Part shown: one piece after another, positions 11,001 to 17,898 of the stretch
Position numbering within the stretch: position 1 is the stretch's first letter
Layout of the letters: each line of letters opens with the position of its first letter
Virus record (IMG/VR): IMGVR_UViG_3300045988_175656
Origin: a virus
Direction: 5' to 3' (one strand)
DNA length: 64,000 bases
Made by a program: the position numbers and the translations under genes
The notes under the pieces: model-generated
What the model was told of the DNA's origin: nothing
Seen by the model: only the letters and a program-made list of their open reading frames with translations
The model's database searches: none

Positions 11001-12054
11001 CAACTGGTATTTTTTCTATATCACCACTAATTGTTATATTATGATATGATTTAATAACACCATTATTATGACATTTTTTATTTTTTATTTTATCATAAGC
11101 TGAAAAACCTAAACTACGGCACAGAAATAAAATATCTTTGGCTAACATGTCAAATTTAGTTGAAATAAAATAATTTTTCTTTTTATAATAGCCATCAGAA
11201 TCAATTAAGCCAGCTAAAAGTTTTAATCTAACTTCTTCCGTGTTTATTAAATAATTTTTTAAAATGAATTTTTCATTGTTAATTGAACTACTCCTAACAA
11301 ATCGTCTAAACGAATTATATTTATGTTTATTATTAGTTAAAATATTTATTTTTGGGCATTTGTTTCTATATTTTTTAATATCAATATAATTTTCATTTGG
11401 TATTGTTTTTTCAATTTCATTTATAACATTTTCATTAATGTTAGTTATTAATGATTGATTAGTAGTGCCATCTCCAAGCCACATACCATATAACCAAGGG
11501 TCAATATCAATTGCATTCTCCCTAAATTTAACTCCTGTTTTTAGCAGTTTATACATTCTAAAATCACCATCAGTATGATGTGTATTCCCAATAATATTAT
11601 TGTTTTCTAACTCATTAATAGGTATATCAACAGTAATAAATTTACCTTTATTATGTTTATTACCAGAAATATATTTTGATAAAGTTAAAATATGAGCATC
11701 ATTACACACCCAAGCATCTCCTTTTTTTGGTTGTATTTTTCTTAATTGTCCATAACCTTTAGTTACAGACAATACAGTTCTTGGAGTTGAGTCATCACCC
11801 ATCAATTTATCGCCAACAATAATATCTTGTACTTTTTTTATAGAGCCATCATACATTAATATCTCAGTATCTACACCAAGACATTTTCCTGAACCAGCAA
11901 GAGCATTAATAACCGAATTTCCATTTCCATGTTGAATAAAGTCAAAAATATCTTGTTGATATTTACTTGGAATAAATCCAGACATTATTTGTGCAGGTTC
12001 TACTATTTTCGTTTTTCTTCCTCTTTTCTTCTTTGGTAATTCTTCTTCTTTCAT
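8071..12054 (-). CDS. UvrD/Rep/PcrA-like SF1 DNA helicase precursor carrying two inteins
   Basis: Extein motifs are AGSGK|TST (Walker A, split), FIAFNKEIVKEL, KTLHSLG, IFIDE|CQDLN (motif II, split), VGDKKQSIYSFAGA, ISYRCP, STIHKAKGLE and YVAYTRAK. 1327 aa minus 346 minus 361 leaves a 620-aa mature helicase. Confidence 0.9.
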   Translation of the reverse strand: MKEEELPKKKRGRKTKIVEPAQIMSGFIPSKYQQDIFDFIQHGNGNSVINALAGSGKCLGVDTEILMYDGSIKKVQDIIVGDKLMGDDSTPRTVLSVTKGYGQLRKIQPKKGDAWVCNDAHILTLSKYISGNKHNKGKFITVDIPINELENNNIIGNTHHTDGDFRMYKLLKTGVKFRENAIDIDPWLYGMWLGDGTTNQSLITNINENVINEIEKTIPNENYIDIKKYRNKCPKINILTNNKHKYNSFRRFVRSSSINNEKFILKNYLINTEEVRLKLLAGLIDSDGYYKKKNYFISTKFDMLAKDILFLCRSLGFSAYDKIKNKKCHNNGVIKSYHNITISGDIEKIPVVTDYKKADKRLINKNVCHVGFRIDKIGEGDYYGFTLDGNGRFLLSDFTITHNTSTIVNAVKLIPPTCNALFIAFNKEIVKELEKKLEGVKNVQVKTLHSLGFLMIRRNLGTNIEIDEYKYRTFIKKNIKQLSSADFDKMTTKLMQQYTDNVIQLCDLGRYNLAQCEKDLLQVSARHDIPIIDDECNAVLNVMKWGRENTTSIDFTDMVWLPYELTLNPIGLQYDYIFIDECFPYEQRISTTYGKLKIGDLYNRFINNKPLPLVKSFNEKTQKFEDKKILNVFNKGERDLIEIIVGGKRKIKCTPNERFLTLNGYQYISELTVGDYILSSTKHQPYHGFLNPYQLDLFKASVIGDGSLNKLSNGVFRCKFIHGEEQKEYIEWKCNMFNQDISEIRHIEKNGFSEKNAYAFSTLGYCIPNNDLDKKEIINNLTIKQLAINYQDNGSYDKNGTMRLYSCVHNEELIDLLIKRIKFFGIECVSKHLSKSSTSNKEYFYISIGVKDSYKLSEMFAPYINKCLQYKIHDDFKHLVNTYKWDNTSSELGGMPITSMKMLSKKEIVYDIEVEDNHNFIITSGSWNTKCETNNEGFIVHNCQDLNAAQRELFLRCFRRGTRFIAVGDKKQSIYSFAGADAESFAKLQNLPNTTTLPLPISYRCPKKVVNLANQFVDTMECREGAPDGEIVHNVSIKDIHDGDMVLCRTKMPLIKLYMRYLRMGVKSYVRGQDIGLNLLRMVDKTEQIVLNVSLQKDGVFARLYDDLFEERNRLMIKRGMDLEDATLSNQIMNKYDSIKALEILAEGLTSARDLHDRIENVFAESADGVCLSTIHKAKGLEANNVYILCKTLMPSRLATQDWEKEQEQNLMYVAYTRAKYKLGFVSETEISPSAGMIDPSAALTELNYIENKICKLLNKTPQVIMDATEVAQYNLKSATIIEEKETNHAEISSNNNEDSDSETMKKLLELVKKKGGIEKFEKFLEQ
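9229..10311 (-). mobile_element. intein 2 (361 aa) with LAGLIDADG-type endonuclease, inserted in helicase motif II (DExx)
   Basis: Begins with Cys582 after FIDE (CFPYEQRIS...), has block F/G VYDIEVEDNHNFI...GFIVHN, and is followed by +1 Cys. Endonuclease motifs are KASVIGDGSL and LAINYQDNGSY. Splicing restores FIDECQDLN. Confidence 0.8.
10846..11883 (-). mobile_element. intein 1 (346 aa) with LAGLIDADG homing endonuclease, inserted in the helicase P-loop
   Basis: Begins with Cys58 directly after GSGK (CLGVDTEILMYDGS) and ends ...FTITHN followed by +1 Thr. It has LAGLIDADG-type motifs WLYGMWLGDGT and LLAGLIDSDGYY. Splicing restores GSGKTST. Confidence 0.85.
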
Positions 12055-12073
12055 TTTATCAAAATTTAAATTA

Positions 12074-12096
12074 CAAATATATTTTATGCAAATATA
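12074..12096 (-). promoter_or_regulatory. two tandem Bacteroidota-type -7 boxes (TATATTTG) upstream of the helicase gene
   Basis: The reverse complement reads tcgTATATTTGcataaaaTATATTTGtaat, 20-35 nt upstream of the ATG at 12054. It matches the TAnnTTTG consensus. Confidence 0.65.
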
Positions 12097-12120
12097 CGAT
12101 TTTTTTGTATAATATACAAT

Positions 12121-12156
12121 TAAAAAAGGTTAAGAATTTCACAACCCCTAACCTTT
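12121..12156 (-). terminator. rho-independent terminator (minus strand)
   Basis: Stem aaaggtta/taaccttt followed by a T-run on the minus strand, downstream of 12189..12677. Confidence 0.45.
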
Positions 12157-12188
12157 AAGAACCATAGAATTCACAAGAATAATTATTT

Positions 12189-12677
12189 TTAGTTTTTACT
12201 AAAAAGTTTCATAAACGAATCAATTGCTTCAGGGTTAGTGTCAAACATATTGACAAAGATTTCCAAAGCTTCTTTCAATCTTGGATTATCTGAAATAATA
12301 ATTCCGCACCCAAAAGATTCATTATCATTTTCCTCTTTTTCTTGTTTTTCATTTTCAATTTGTCTAGCTTCAGTAAGTAGATTTTCTTCTGATGTACCAG
12401 AACCTAAATGAAGCGGAGAAACACTAGCAGGAATTACTTGTACTGCTAAATCAAGTGCAATAATAATTGCTGACAGTTCATCCATTGTAATCATATCTGA
12501 TTTTCCTGACATAATATCTTCAAGAATATCTTCTTCAATAGGCATAATCTTGCATAATGTTTGGAAACTAATATCATTTTTAGTCATGAAATCTTCCAAA
12601 ATCATAGCAATACTTTCTTTTGCTTTATTAGCCCATTCATGGGCAATAACAGCTAATTCAAAACTATTTTTTACCAT
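12189..12677 (-). CDS. hypothetical protein
   Basis: 162-aa ORF with its own TAnnTTTG promoter and a downstream hairpin. No motif recognised. Confidence 0.6.
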   Translation of the reverse strand: MVKNSFELAVIAHEWANKAKESIAMILEDFMTKNDISFQTLCKIMPIEEDILEDIMSGKSDMITMDELSAIIIALDLAVQVIPASVSPLHLGSGTSEENLLTEARQIENEKQEKEENDNESFGCGIIISDNPRLKEALEIFVNMFDTNPEAIDSFMKLFSKN

Positions 12678-12714
12678 TTTATATTTTATTAATTAGTTAA
12701 TACTATTTCTAATG

Positions 12715-12722
12715 CAAATATA
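12715..12722 (-). promoter_or_regulatory. Bacteroidota-type -7 promoter box (ttcgTATATTTGcat)
   Basis: Exact copy of the recurring GTATATTTGCA element, oriented toward 12677. Confidence 0.65.
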
Positions 12723-12770
12723 CGAATAATCTAATATATTCGCAAAATATAATCCTTAAAATAACTTAAA

Positions 12771-13442
12771 TTATTCTAATTCTTTCCAGTTATTAGGATA
12801 TTTTTCTTTTAATTTATTTATCCACCAATTAGTTTTCACTTTAACCATTGGCAATCGTTGACCTTTAAGCATAGTAGTTCTTTTACAAACCACACCTTCT
12901 TTTACTGTTGGATATAAACAATCAGGTTTAGTCCAATCATTTTCATTAATAGATTGAATAAATTCTTGGGTGAGAGAACCTTTATAAATTATTTCGGGCA
13001 ATTTAATTCCTGTATTATCAAATAATTCATAAAATGTTTTTGGTTCAAGATAGCCTTTCTTTTTTAAAAATACATCAATTAAGGTTAATGTCATTTCATC
13101 ACCTTCTTGATGGAAGCCACAAAATGAATTTTCTCCACTGTATTCAAAATAGAAATGGATTTCATCAATACTATTAAAGACACCTTTCTTTTTAGAATTT
13201 TCTTTAATAATATTTTTGATTATTTCTTCATATTTTTCTTTAAATATTTTAACGCAATTACCAAACTGTTCATGTGTTTCATCAACAATCATCTTTTTTG
13301 AACCAAATGCAATAAATTCTTTAGTTCTAGCATTATATCTTGCAACAAAATTTTGTCCATCAATTTTATTTTCAGCGATAATCATATCATTATCTAATGT
13401 ATGGTCATACTTCTGATTTTCGAAGCTCGGATAATGTCTCAT
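12771..13442 (-). CDS. RNA ligase-family nucleotidyltransferase (Rnl2/DRB0094-like)
   Basis: Covalent nucleotidyltransferase motifs appear in order: I ENKIDGQNF, III FYFEYSGENSF, IV LTLIDVF, V KEGVVCKR...MVKVKT. Confidence 0.6.
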   Translation of the reverse strand: MRHYPSFENQKYDHTLDNDMIIAENKIDGQNFVARYNARTKEFIAFGSKKMIVDETHEQFGNCVKIFKEKYEEIIKNIIKENSKKKGVFNSIDEIHFYFEYSGENSFCGFHQEGDEMTLTLIDVFLKKKGYLEPKTFYELFDNTGIKLPEIIYKGSLTQEFIQSINENDWTKPDCLYPTVKEGVVCKRTTMLKGQRLPMVKVKTNWWINKLKEKYPNNWKELE

Positions 13443-13680
13443 TATTTTTTTGTTTTATTAAGTTTAAATAATATTCTTTAGCATCGTAATATGTTTTATC
13501 ATATATTTCTTCAAGACCTTTATCACATTTTTTATTAGAGAAATCCATTACATTAAATATTATATAAGCACTTCTCAAAAATTTATCTAACACTTCAATG
13601 TCATCAATAAAAACATGATGTAAACATAAAAGATTTCTAAATGCAAGTAATTCTTGTTTACTATATTTTAATTCTTCCAT
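13405..13680 (-). CDS. hypothetical protein
   Basis: The ORF is trimmed to Met10 (ATG 13680), one nt after the coaD-like stop. It overlaps the downstream gene start, in operon-style packing. Confidence 0.45.
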   Translation of the reverse strand: MEELKYSKQELLAFRNLLCLHHVFIDDIEVLDKFLRSAYIIFNVMDFSNKKCDKGLEEIYDKTYYDAKEYYLNLIKQKNNETLSELRKSEV

Positions 13681-13681
13681 A

Positions 13682-14224
13682 TTATTCAAAAGTATTATAA
13701 TATTCACTCATGTCTAAAATATTATATCCTTTAGGAAATAATGACATAGCTTCTTCTTCTTTTATATTTTTAAGAAGTTCTCTTACAATTGTTGAGGATG
13801 CTATAATTGATGGGTCATTCATCAAAAATAATGTTTCAATTTTGCCAAATTTTTTGTTGAAATCTGCAATAGATTTTTCATACTCAAAATCTATTGTATT
13901 TCTAATCCCTCTTAAAATAAAATCAGCTTTTATTTTATTTGCATAGTCATATGTCAAATTATCATAAGTACATATATTAAATTTACACATATTACATATT
14001 TCAGGATGAAATTGTGGAAATAATCGTGCCCATTTTTTCAATGCTTCATATCTTTCTTCTACTGGGAAGTAGCCTTTTTTATTTGGATTTATTGCCACAG
14101 CTATATCAAATTCAATCTTTTCATTGGTAGAAATTGCATTCTTAAAAATATTAATTGTCCTTAAAATTAAATTTTCATGACCAATTGTAAAAGGGTCAAA
14201 TGACCCAGGAAAAAATATCTTCAT
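13682..14224 (-). CDS. coaD: phosphopantetheine adenylyltransferase-like cytidylyltransferase
   Basis: N-terminal FPGSFDPFTIGHENLI (the (T/H)xGH motif), VAINPNKKGYFPVEER, ILRGIRNTIDFEYE and ASSTIVRELL (ISSTxxRE-type) follow the PPAT signature throughout. Confidence 0.75.
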   Translation of the reverse strand: MKIFFPGSFDPFTIGHENLILRTINIFKNAISTNEKIEFDIAVAINPNKKGYFPVEERYEALKKWARLFPQFHPEICNMCKFNICTYDNLTYDYANKIKADFILRGIRNTIDFEYEKSIADFNKKFGKIETLFLMNDPSIIASSTIVRELLKNIKEEEAMSLFPKGYNILDMSEYYNTFE

Positions 14225-14226
14225 AA

Positions 14227-14574
14227 TTATTCAAAATTTATTGGTCTCCAAGCAACCACTTTATATTCTTCATCATCATTAAGTCCATATACATATAAAC
14301 CACTACGCCATAAAAACACTTCTTCATCTGTATTATAGAAATGGTCTTTGCAATATCTTCCTATTTTTGCTATATGTTTATTAGGTTTTTTAACATTTTC
14401 AAGTACCATAATAACAAATTTATTAAAGAATCCATTTTCTTCTGAAGGAGGTTCATCTTTGACTTCTGTAAAATCATTACAGAAGTCAAAAGTGGCATTC
14501 ATCGCTTCTTCGACATTAGTGTTATTCAAATTATTTTTAATATATTCTTTAATAAAATCTTTTCTATTTTTCAT
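14227..14574 (-). CDS. hypothetical protein
   Basis: 115-aa ORF within a tightly packed minus-strand operon. Confidence 0.55.
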   Translation of the reverse strand: MKNRKDFIKEYIKNNLNNTNVEEAMNATFDFCNDFTEVKDEPPSEENGFFNKFVIMVLENVKKPNKHIAKIGRYCKDHFYNTDEEVFLWRSGLYVYGLNDDEEYKVVAWRPINFE

Positions 14575-15208
14575 CTATTTCCCATGAATAAGGTTGTTTA
14601 ATTCTTAGCTCTCTTAATTTATCCCTCACTGAAAGATAAAACTTACGATTTATTTTAGCTGAATAGCCAATTTTGAAATAAGGTGAACATACATTATAAA
14701 ATCTTGACATAAACGTATTATAATTACCTTTGTCTTTTAATTTGGAAATAAATTCGTTAATGGCACTAACCAATGATGTTGAAATTGATAACTTATATTT
14801 GCTTTTATCTAAAACAGATAAAATCATTGCTTTAGTAATATAATATTGAGTTTCTTCAAAATCATCACCTTCTTTATCATACCAATATTCACAACATGGG
14901 CTTCTTCTACCTTTTTCATCCAAACGTTCATAATAAAAAGAATCAGACATACGTTCTCTTGTACCTAAATCTTCTATTTTAATATCTTCATCTGTTTCCC
15001 ATGCTTTATCATACACTTCTTTTGACCACCAAATAAGATTATTAGTGGTTTTAGGTTCTCCATCAAAACTTAAATCATGTAAATTACATGTACAACCACG
15101 ATTAACACAATCATCGCAATACCATCTTTGACCATCACCAGATGGCATATATGTCCATGTTGCAAGTTTTCCACACTTACAACATTTTCTATATCTTTTT
15201 TTCATCAT
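14564..15208 (-). CDS. hypothetical protein with N-terminal Cys-rich zinc-ribbon-like motif
   Basis: CCKCGKLATW...WYCDDCVNRGCTC, with CxxC pairs. Confidence 0.55.
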   Translation of the reverse strand: MMKKRYRKCCKCGKLATWTYMPSGDGQRWYCDDCVNRGCTCNLHDLSFDGEPKTTNNLIWWSKEVYDKAWETDEDIKIEDLGTRERMSDSFYYERLDEKGRRSPCCEYWYDKEGDDFEETQYYITKAMILSVLDKSKYKLSISTSLVSAINEFISKLKDKGNYNTFMSRFYNVCSPYFKIGYSAKINRKFYLSVRDKLRELRIKQPYSWEIDEK

Positions 15209-15398
15209 TATTAAAACCTATTGTTGGGGCTTCATTAATTACTTGCCAAGGCATATAAATCATATTTGGCAAAGGTATATCTTCAGCCTTGTTTAACACT
15301 ATAATTTCTTCAGTCACCTCTTCTTCAATCATTGGGTAACTATCAGGGATAAAATATTTTTCTGCATTGTTCATGACATTATATTTTTGGTTATACAT
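15189..15398 (-). CDS. hypothetical small protein
   Basis: 69-aa ORF, first gene after a TAnnTTTG promoter. The start could instead be Met9. Confidence 0.45.
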   Translation of the reverse strand: MYNQKYNVMNNAEKYFIPDSYPMIEEEVTEEIIVLNKAEDIPLPNMIYMPWQVINEAPTIGFNNDEKKI

Positions 15399-15411
15399 TA
15401 GTTTTACAATG

Positions 15412-15419
15412 CAAATATA
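15412..15419 (-). promoter_or_regulatory. Bacteroidota-type promoter: -7 TATATTTG with a -33 TTTG (15440-15443) 20 nt upstream
   Basis: The minus strand reads cTTTTGgagttctcgttttttattcgTATATTTGcat. The -33 element lies in the loop of the upstream terminator hairpin. Confidence 0.7.
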
Positions 15420-15422
15420 CGA

Positions 15423-15455
15423 ATAAAAAACGAGAACTCCAAAAGAATTCTCGTT
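15423..15455 (-). terminator. rho-independent terminator of the thyA operon
   Basis: Stem aacgagaa/ttctcgtt followed by T6 on the minus strand. It is part of a 45-bp cassette repeated at 55893-55937. Confidence 0.75.
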
Positions 15456-15479
15456 AATTTATGTTATTTATAAGATATT

Positions 15480-16643
15480 TTATAAACCAGTTGATAATGG
15501 TGCTTTTAAAACGCCTTGTGATACATAATTTTCTATTTTAATATCCTCAAATTCAAATTCATTAATAGTTTTGACTTTAGGATTTAAGTATAATGTTGGT
15601 GAATCAAGTACATCTCTTGAAATTAATTCTTTGGCTTGTTCTAAATGATTTAAATATAAATGAGTGTCACCACCATTAAATATTAAATCACCAACAGACA
15701 TATTACAAACATGGGCAATCATATGTGTTAGTAATGCATATGAAGCGATATTAAATGGTAAGCCTAAAAATGAATCAACACTTCTTTGATACCATGAGCA
15801 TGATAATTCTCTTGTTGGTATATTTTCCTCTTCTAAAAGATAGTCATATTCACCATTATAAGTATGTTGATTTGTTTGACCATAAACATCAAGATGTGGG
15901 TAAGAGAAATTATCATTATCAATTTCTTCATCTTTAAATTTATTATAGTATAACTCCCAACGTTCAGTATTTGACAATTCTCTTGTATAGAATTGGAAAA
16001 GTATATGACAAGGTGGTAATGCCACTTCATTTAATACATCAGGATTATACGCAATACATAACATTCTTCTATCATCAGGATTGGTTTTTAATGTATCAAT
16101 AATGTTTTGAATTTGGTCAGTATTACTACTGCCAAATCGTCTCCATTGTTTACCATATACATCTCCTAAATCTCCATATTCATAAAATTTTATTAAAGAA
16201 TCATTCTCTATATATTTAAATTTATGCCCATTTTTACATCTTGATAAAAAAACATTCTTATTCGCTTTTTCCATATAATTATAAAAATGTTCAACACCAT
16301 TATAATCCACAACTGTTAAAATACCACTTGTACCAATAATAGAATTATGTTTATCTATTAATTCACAATACCATCTATAAGCATCATCATTCCAAATATT
16401 AACTTCATTATCAACAAGATATTTAATATTTGTATCTCCACTCAGAAACCAAAGCAATTCGTGTATAATTCCTTTAGTGAACATTTTTTTTGTTGTTAAG
16501 AGTGGAAATCCTTTTCGTAAATCAATTTTCATATGTGTTCCAAAAATTGATTTAGTTCCTGTTCCTGTACGGTCTTTTTTTACATTTCCGTTTTCAAGAA
16601 TGTTTTTCAACAAATCTTGATATTGTTTATCTACACTATTCAT
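15480..16643 (-). CDS. thyA: thymidylate synthase (ThyA family) with two large insertions; a dUMP hydroxymethylase function is not excluded
   Basis: ThyA signatures present: DRTGTGTKSIFG, HELLWFLSGDTN, GDLGDVYGKQWR, NPDDRRM, ALPPCHILFQFY, YQRSVDSFLGLPFNIASYALL, GDTHLYLNH. The protein is 387 aa against about 264-320 aa for typical ThyA. Confidence 0.85.
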   Translation of the reverse strand: MNSVDKQYQDLLKNILENGNVKKDRTGTGTKSIFGTHMKIDLRKGFPLLTTKKMFTKGIIHELLWFLSGDTNIKYLVDNEVNIWNDDAYRWYCELIDKHNSIIGTSGILTVVDYNGVEHFYNYMEKANKNVFLSRCKNGHKFKYIENDSLIKFYEYGDLGDVYGKQWRRFGSSNTDQIQNIIDTLKTNPDDRRMLCIAYNPDVLNEVALPPCHILFQFYTRELSNTERWELYYNKFKDEEIDNDNFSYPHLDVYGQTNQHTYNGEYDYLLEEENIPTRELSCSWYQRSVDSFLGLPFNIASYALLTHMIAHVCNMSVGDLIFNGGDTHLYLNHLEQAKELISRDVLDSPTLYLNPKVKTINEFEFEDIKIENYVSQGVLKAPLSTGL

Positions 16644-16936
16644 TATTCAGCTTTGATATAAGTTTTATTAAAAATATCACTTCGGCATGGATAAAATTCT
16701 CCTTCAACACCTTTTATAATATAATCACCAAATGATGCTTTCATATTCCCTTCTAATGTAGGAATTTCAAAACCACCTTTAGCTTTAACATCGTTAATGG
16801 TTGCCATCTGTCCAAACATAGAGGTTTCCATTCCAATATTAAAAACAAATTCAATACATTCTTTAATTGAATCATCATTATCTAATAACTGTACAGCTTC
16901 AATTGTTACTGGTCTTTTTGTATATTTTTCAATCAT
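16643..16936 (-). CDS. small phage protein, PGDYG-domain-like
   Basis: The C-terminal FGDYIIKGVEGEFYPCRSDIFNKTY resembles the PGDYG motif family. Low-certainty recollection. Confidence 0.4.
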   Translation of the reverse strand: MIEKYTKRPVTIEAVQLLDNDDSIKECIEFVFNIGMETSMFGQMATINDVKAKGGFEIPTLEGNMKASFGDYIIKGVEGEFYPCRSDIFNKTYIKAE

Positions 16937-17403
16937 TTTATTTTAAAATTAAGTTTAAGTAATGTTTCAAAATTGGCATCATTCATAATAAAATCATTTT
17001 CATTTTCAAGAATAATTTTATTATATTCAGTTTCTTCATTTATATCATTAATAAAACGTTCAAAACTATTATTAACAAATTCAATAAATTTATCTGAGTT
17101 ACCTCTATCTTTGTATATTTTAAGAAATTCTTTTTTCCTTTTTTTAGATGGATAATATAAAGTAAAATGGATTTTATTTTCAACTAACGCATTTCTAACA
17201 CTTTGTTGTGATGATACGAATATAATATCAGCTTTATCCATGTTTTCTTTTATATATTCAATATAATTAGAAGGAAAATCAGCTTTATCAAAACTAGAAC
17301 AATCTAAATCCAGAATTGTCAATTTTTTGTTAAGTAATGTATAAGTAGTGGATTTCCCTACACCTGGGAAACCACTAATTATAATAGCTTTTTTCTTATC
17401 CAT
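16933..17403 (-). CDS. P-loop NTPase/kinase (adenylate-kinase-like fold)
   Basis: Walker A IISGFPGVGKST at the N-terminus of a 156-aa protein, with LDLD as a possible Walker B. Confidence 0.55.
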   Translation of the reverse strand: MDKKKAIIISGFPGVGKSTTYTLLNKKLTILDLDCSSFDKADFPSNYIEYIKENMDKADIIFVSSQQSVRNALVENKIHFTLYYPSKKRKKEFLKIYKDRGNSDKFIEFVNNSFERFINDINEETEYNKIILENENDFIMNDANFETLLKLNFKIK

Positions 17404-17414
17404 CTTGTTTTTAT

Positions 17415-17879
17415 TTAAAAGTTAATTTTAGATAAAATTGATTCAATTAATATTTGGTCTTTTTTATCTTGTGAATATAATGGCTCTAATGTTTTCTTAT
17501 ATTCAGTAAGTTCTTTAACTCTTTGTGTATAAAGAATTTTTCTTATAAAATACATAAGGTCATCCTGCCAATCACTTATTGAAAACCCATTCCATGTAAA
17601 TGGAACAATCTTAAAGTCTGGAATTGAAGCAGCAACGATTTTTGTTGCATTTTCATAATCTTCAGATTTACGATTAACAAATGCAATCATTTTTACAAGC
17701 TCACTAATATCATTAATGATTCGTATGTTAATACCTTCACCTGTTGAAGTTCTATCTTGATAACTGAATCTACAATTTGTCTTAGGAGTATAAGCAGATG
17801 GTTTTAACTCTTTTTCAATTCGTGCTAATTCTTTTTCAATTTTATCTGTTGCAGTTGAAATTATTAAATCTTTTTCCAT
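17415..17879 (-). CDS. hypothetical protein
   Basis: 154-aa ORF in an operon. Confidence 0.55.
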   Translation of the reverse strand: MEKDLIISTATDKIEKELARIEKELKPSAYTPKTNCRFSYQDRTSTGEGINIRIINDISELVKMIAFVNRKSEDYENATKIVAASIPDFKIVPFTWNGFSISDWQDDLMYFIRKILYTQRVKELTEYKKTLEPLYSQDKKDQILIESILSKINF

Positions 17880-17898
17880 ATTTTATTATATTATTTTA

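Noticed and set aside
15801-15986. The thyA insertion as a group I intron (as in T4 td) or a mini-intein.
   Set aside because: It is only 171 nt, in frame with no stops, AT-rich, and without evident P-helix pairing. It lacks the Cys/Ser...HN+nucleophile intein boundaries. It is therefore treated as a translated insertion, pending RNA evidence.
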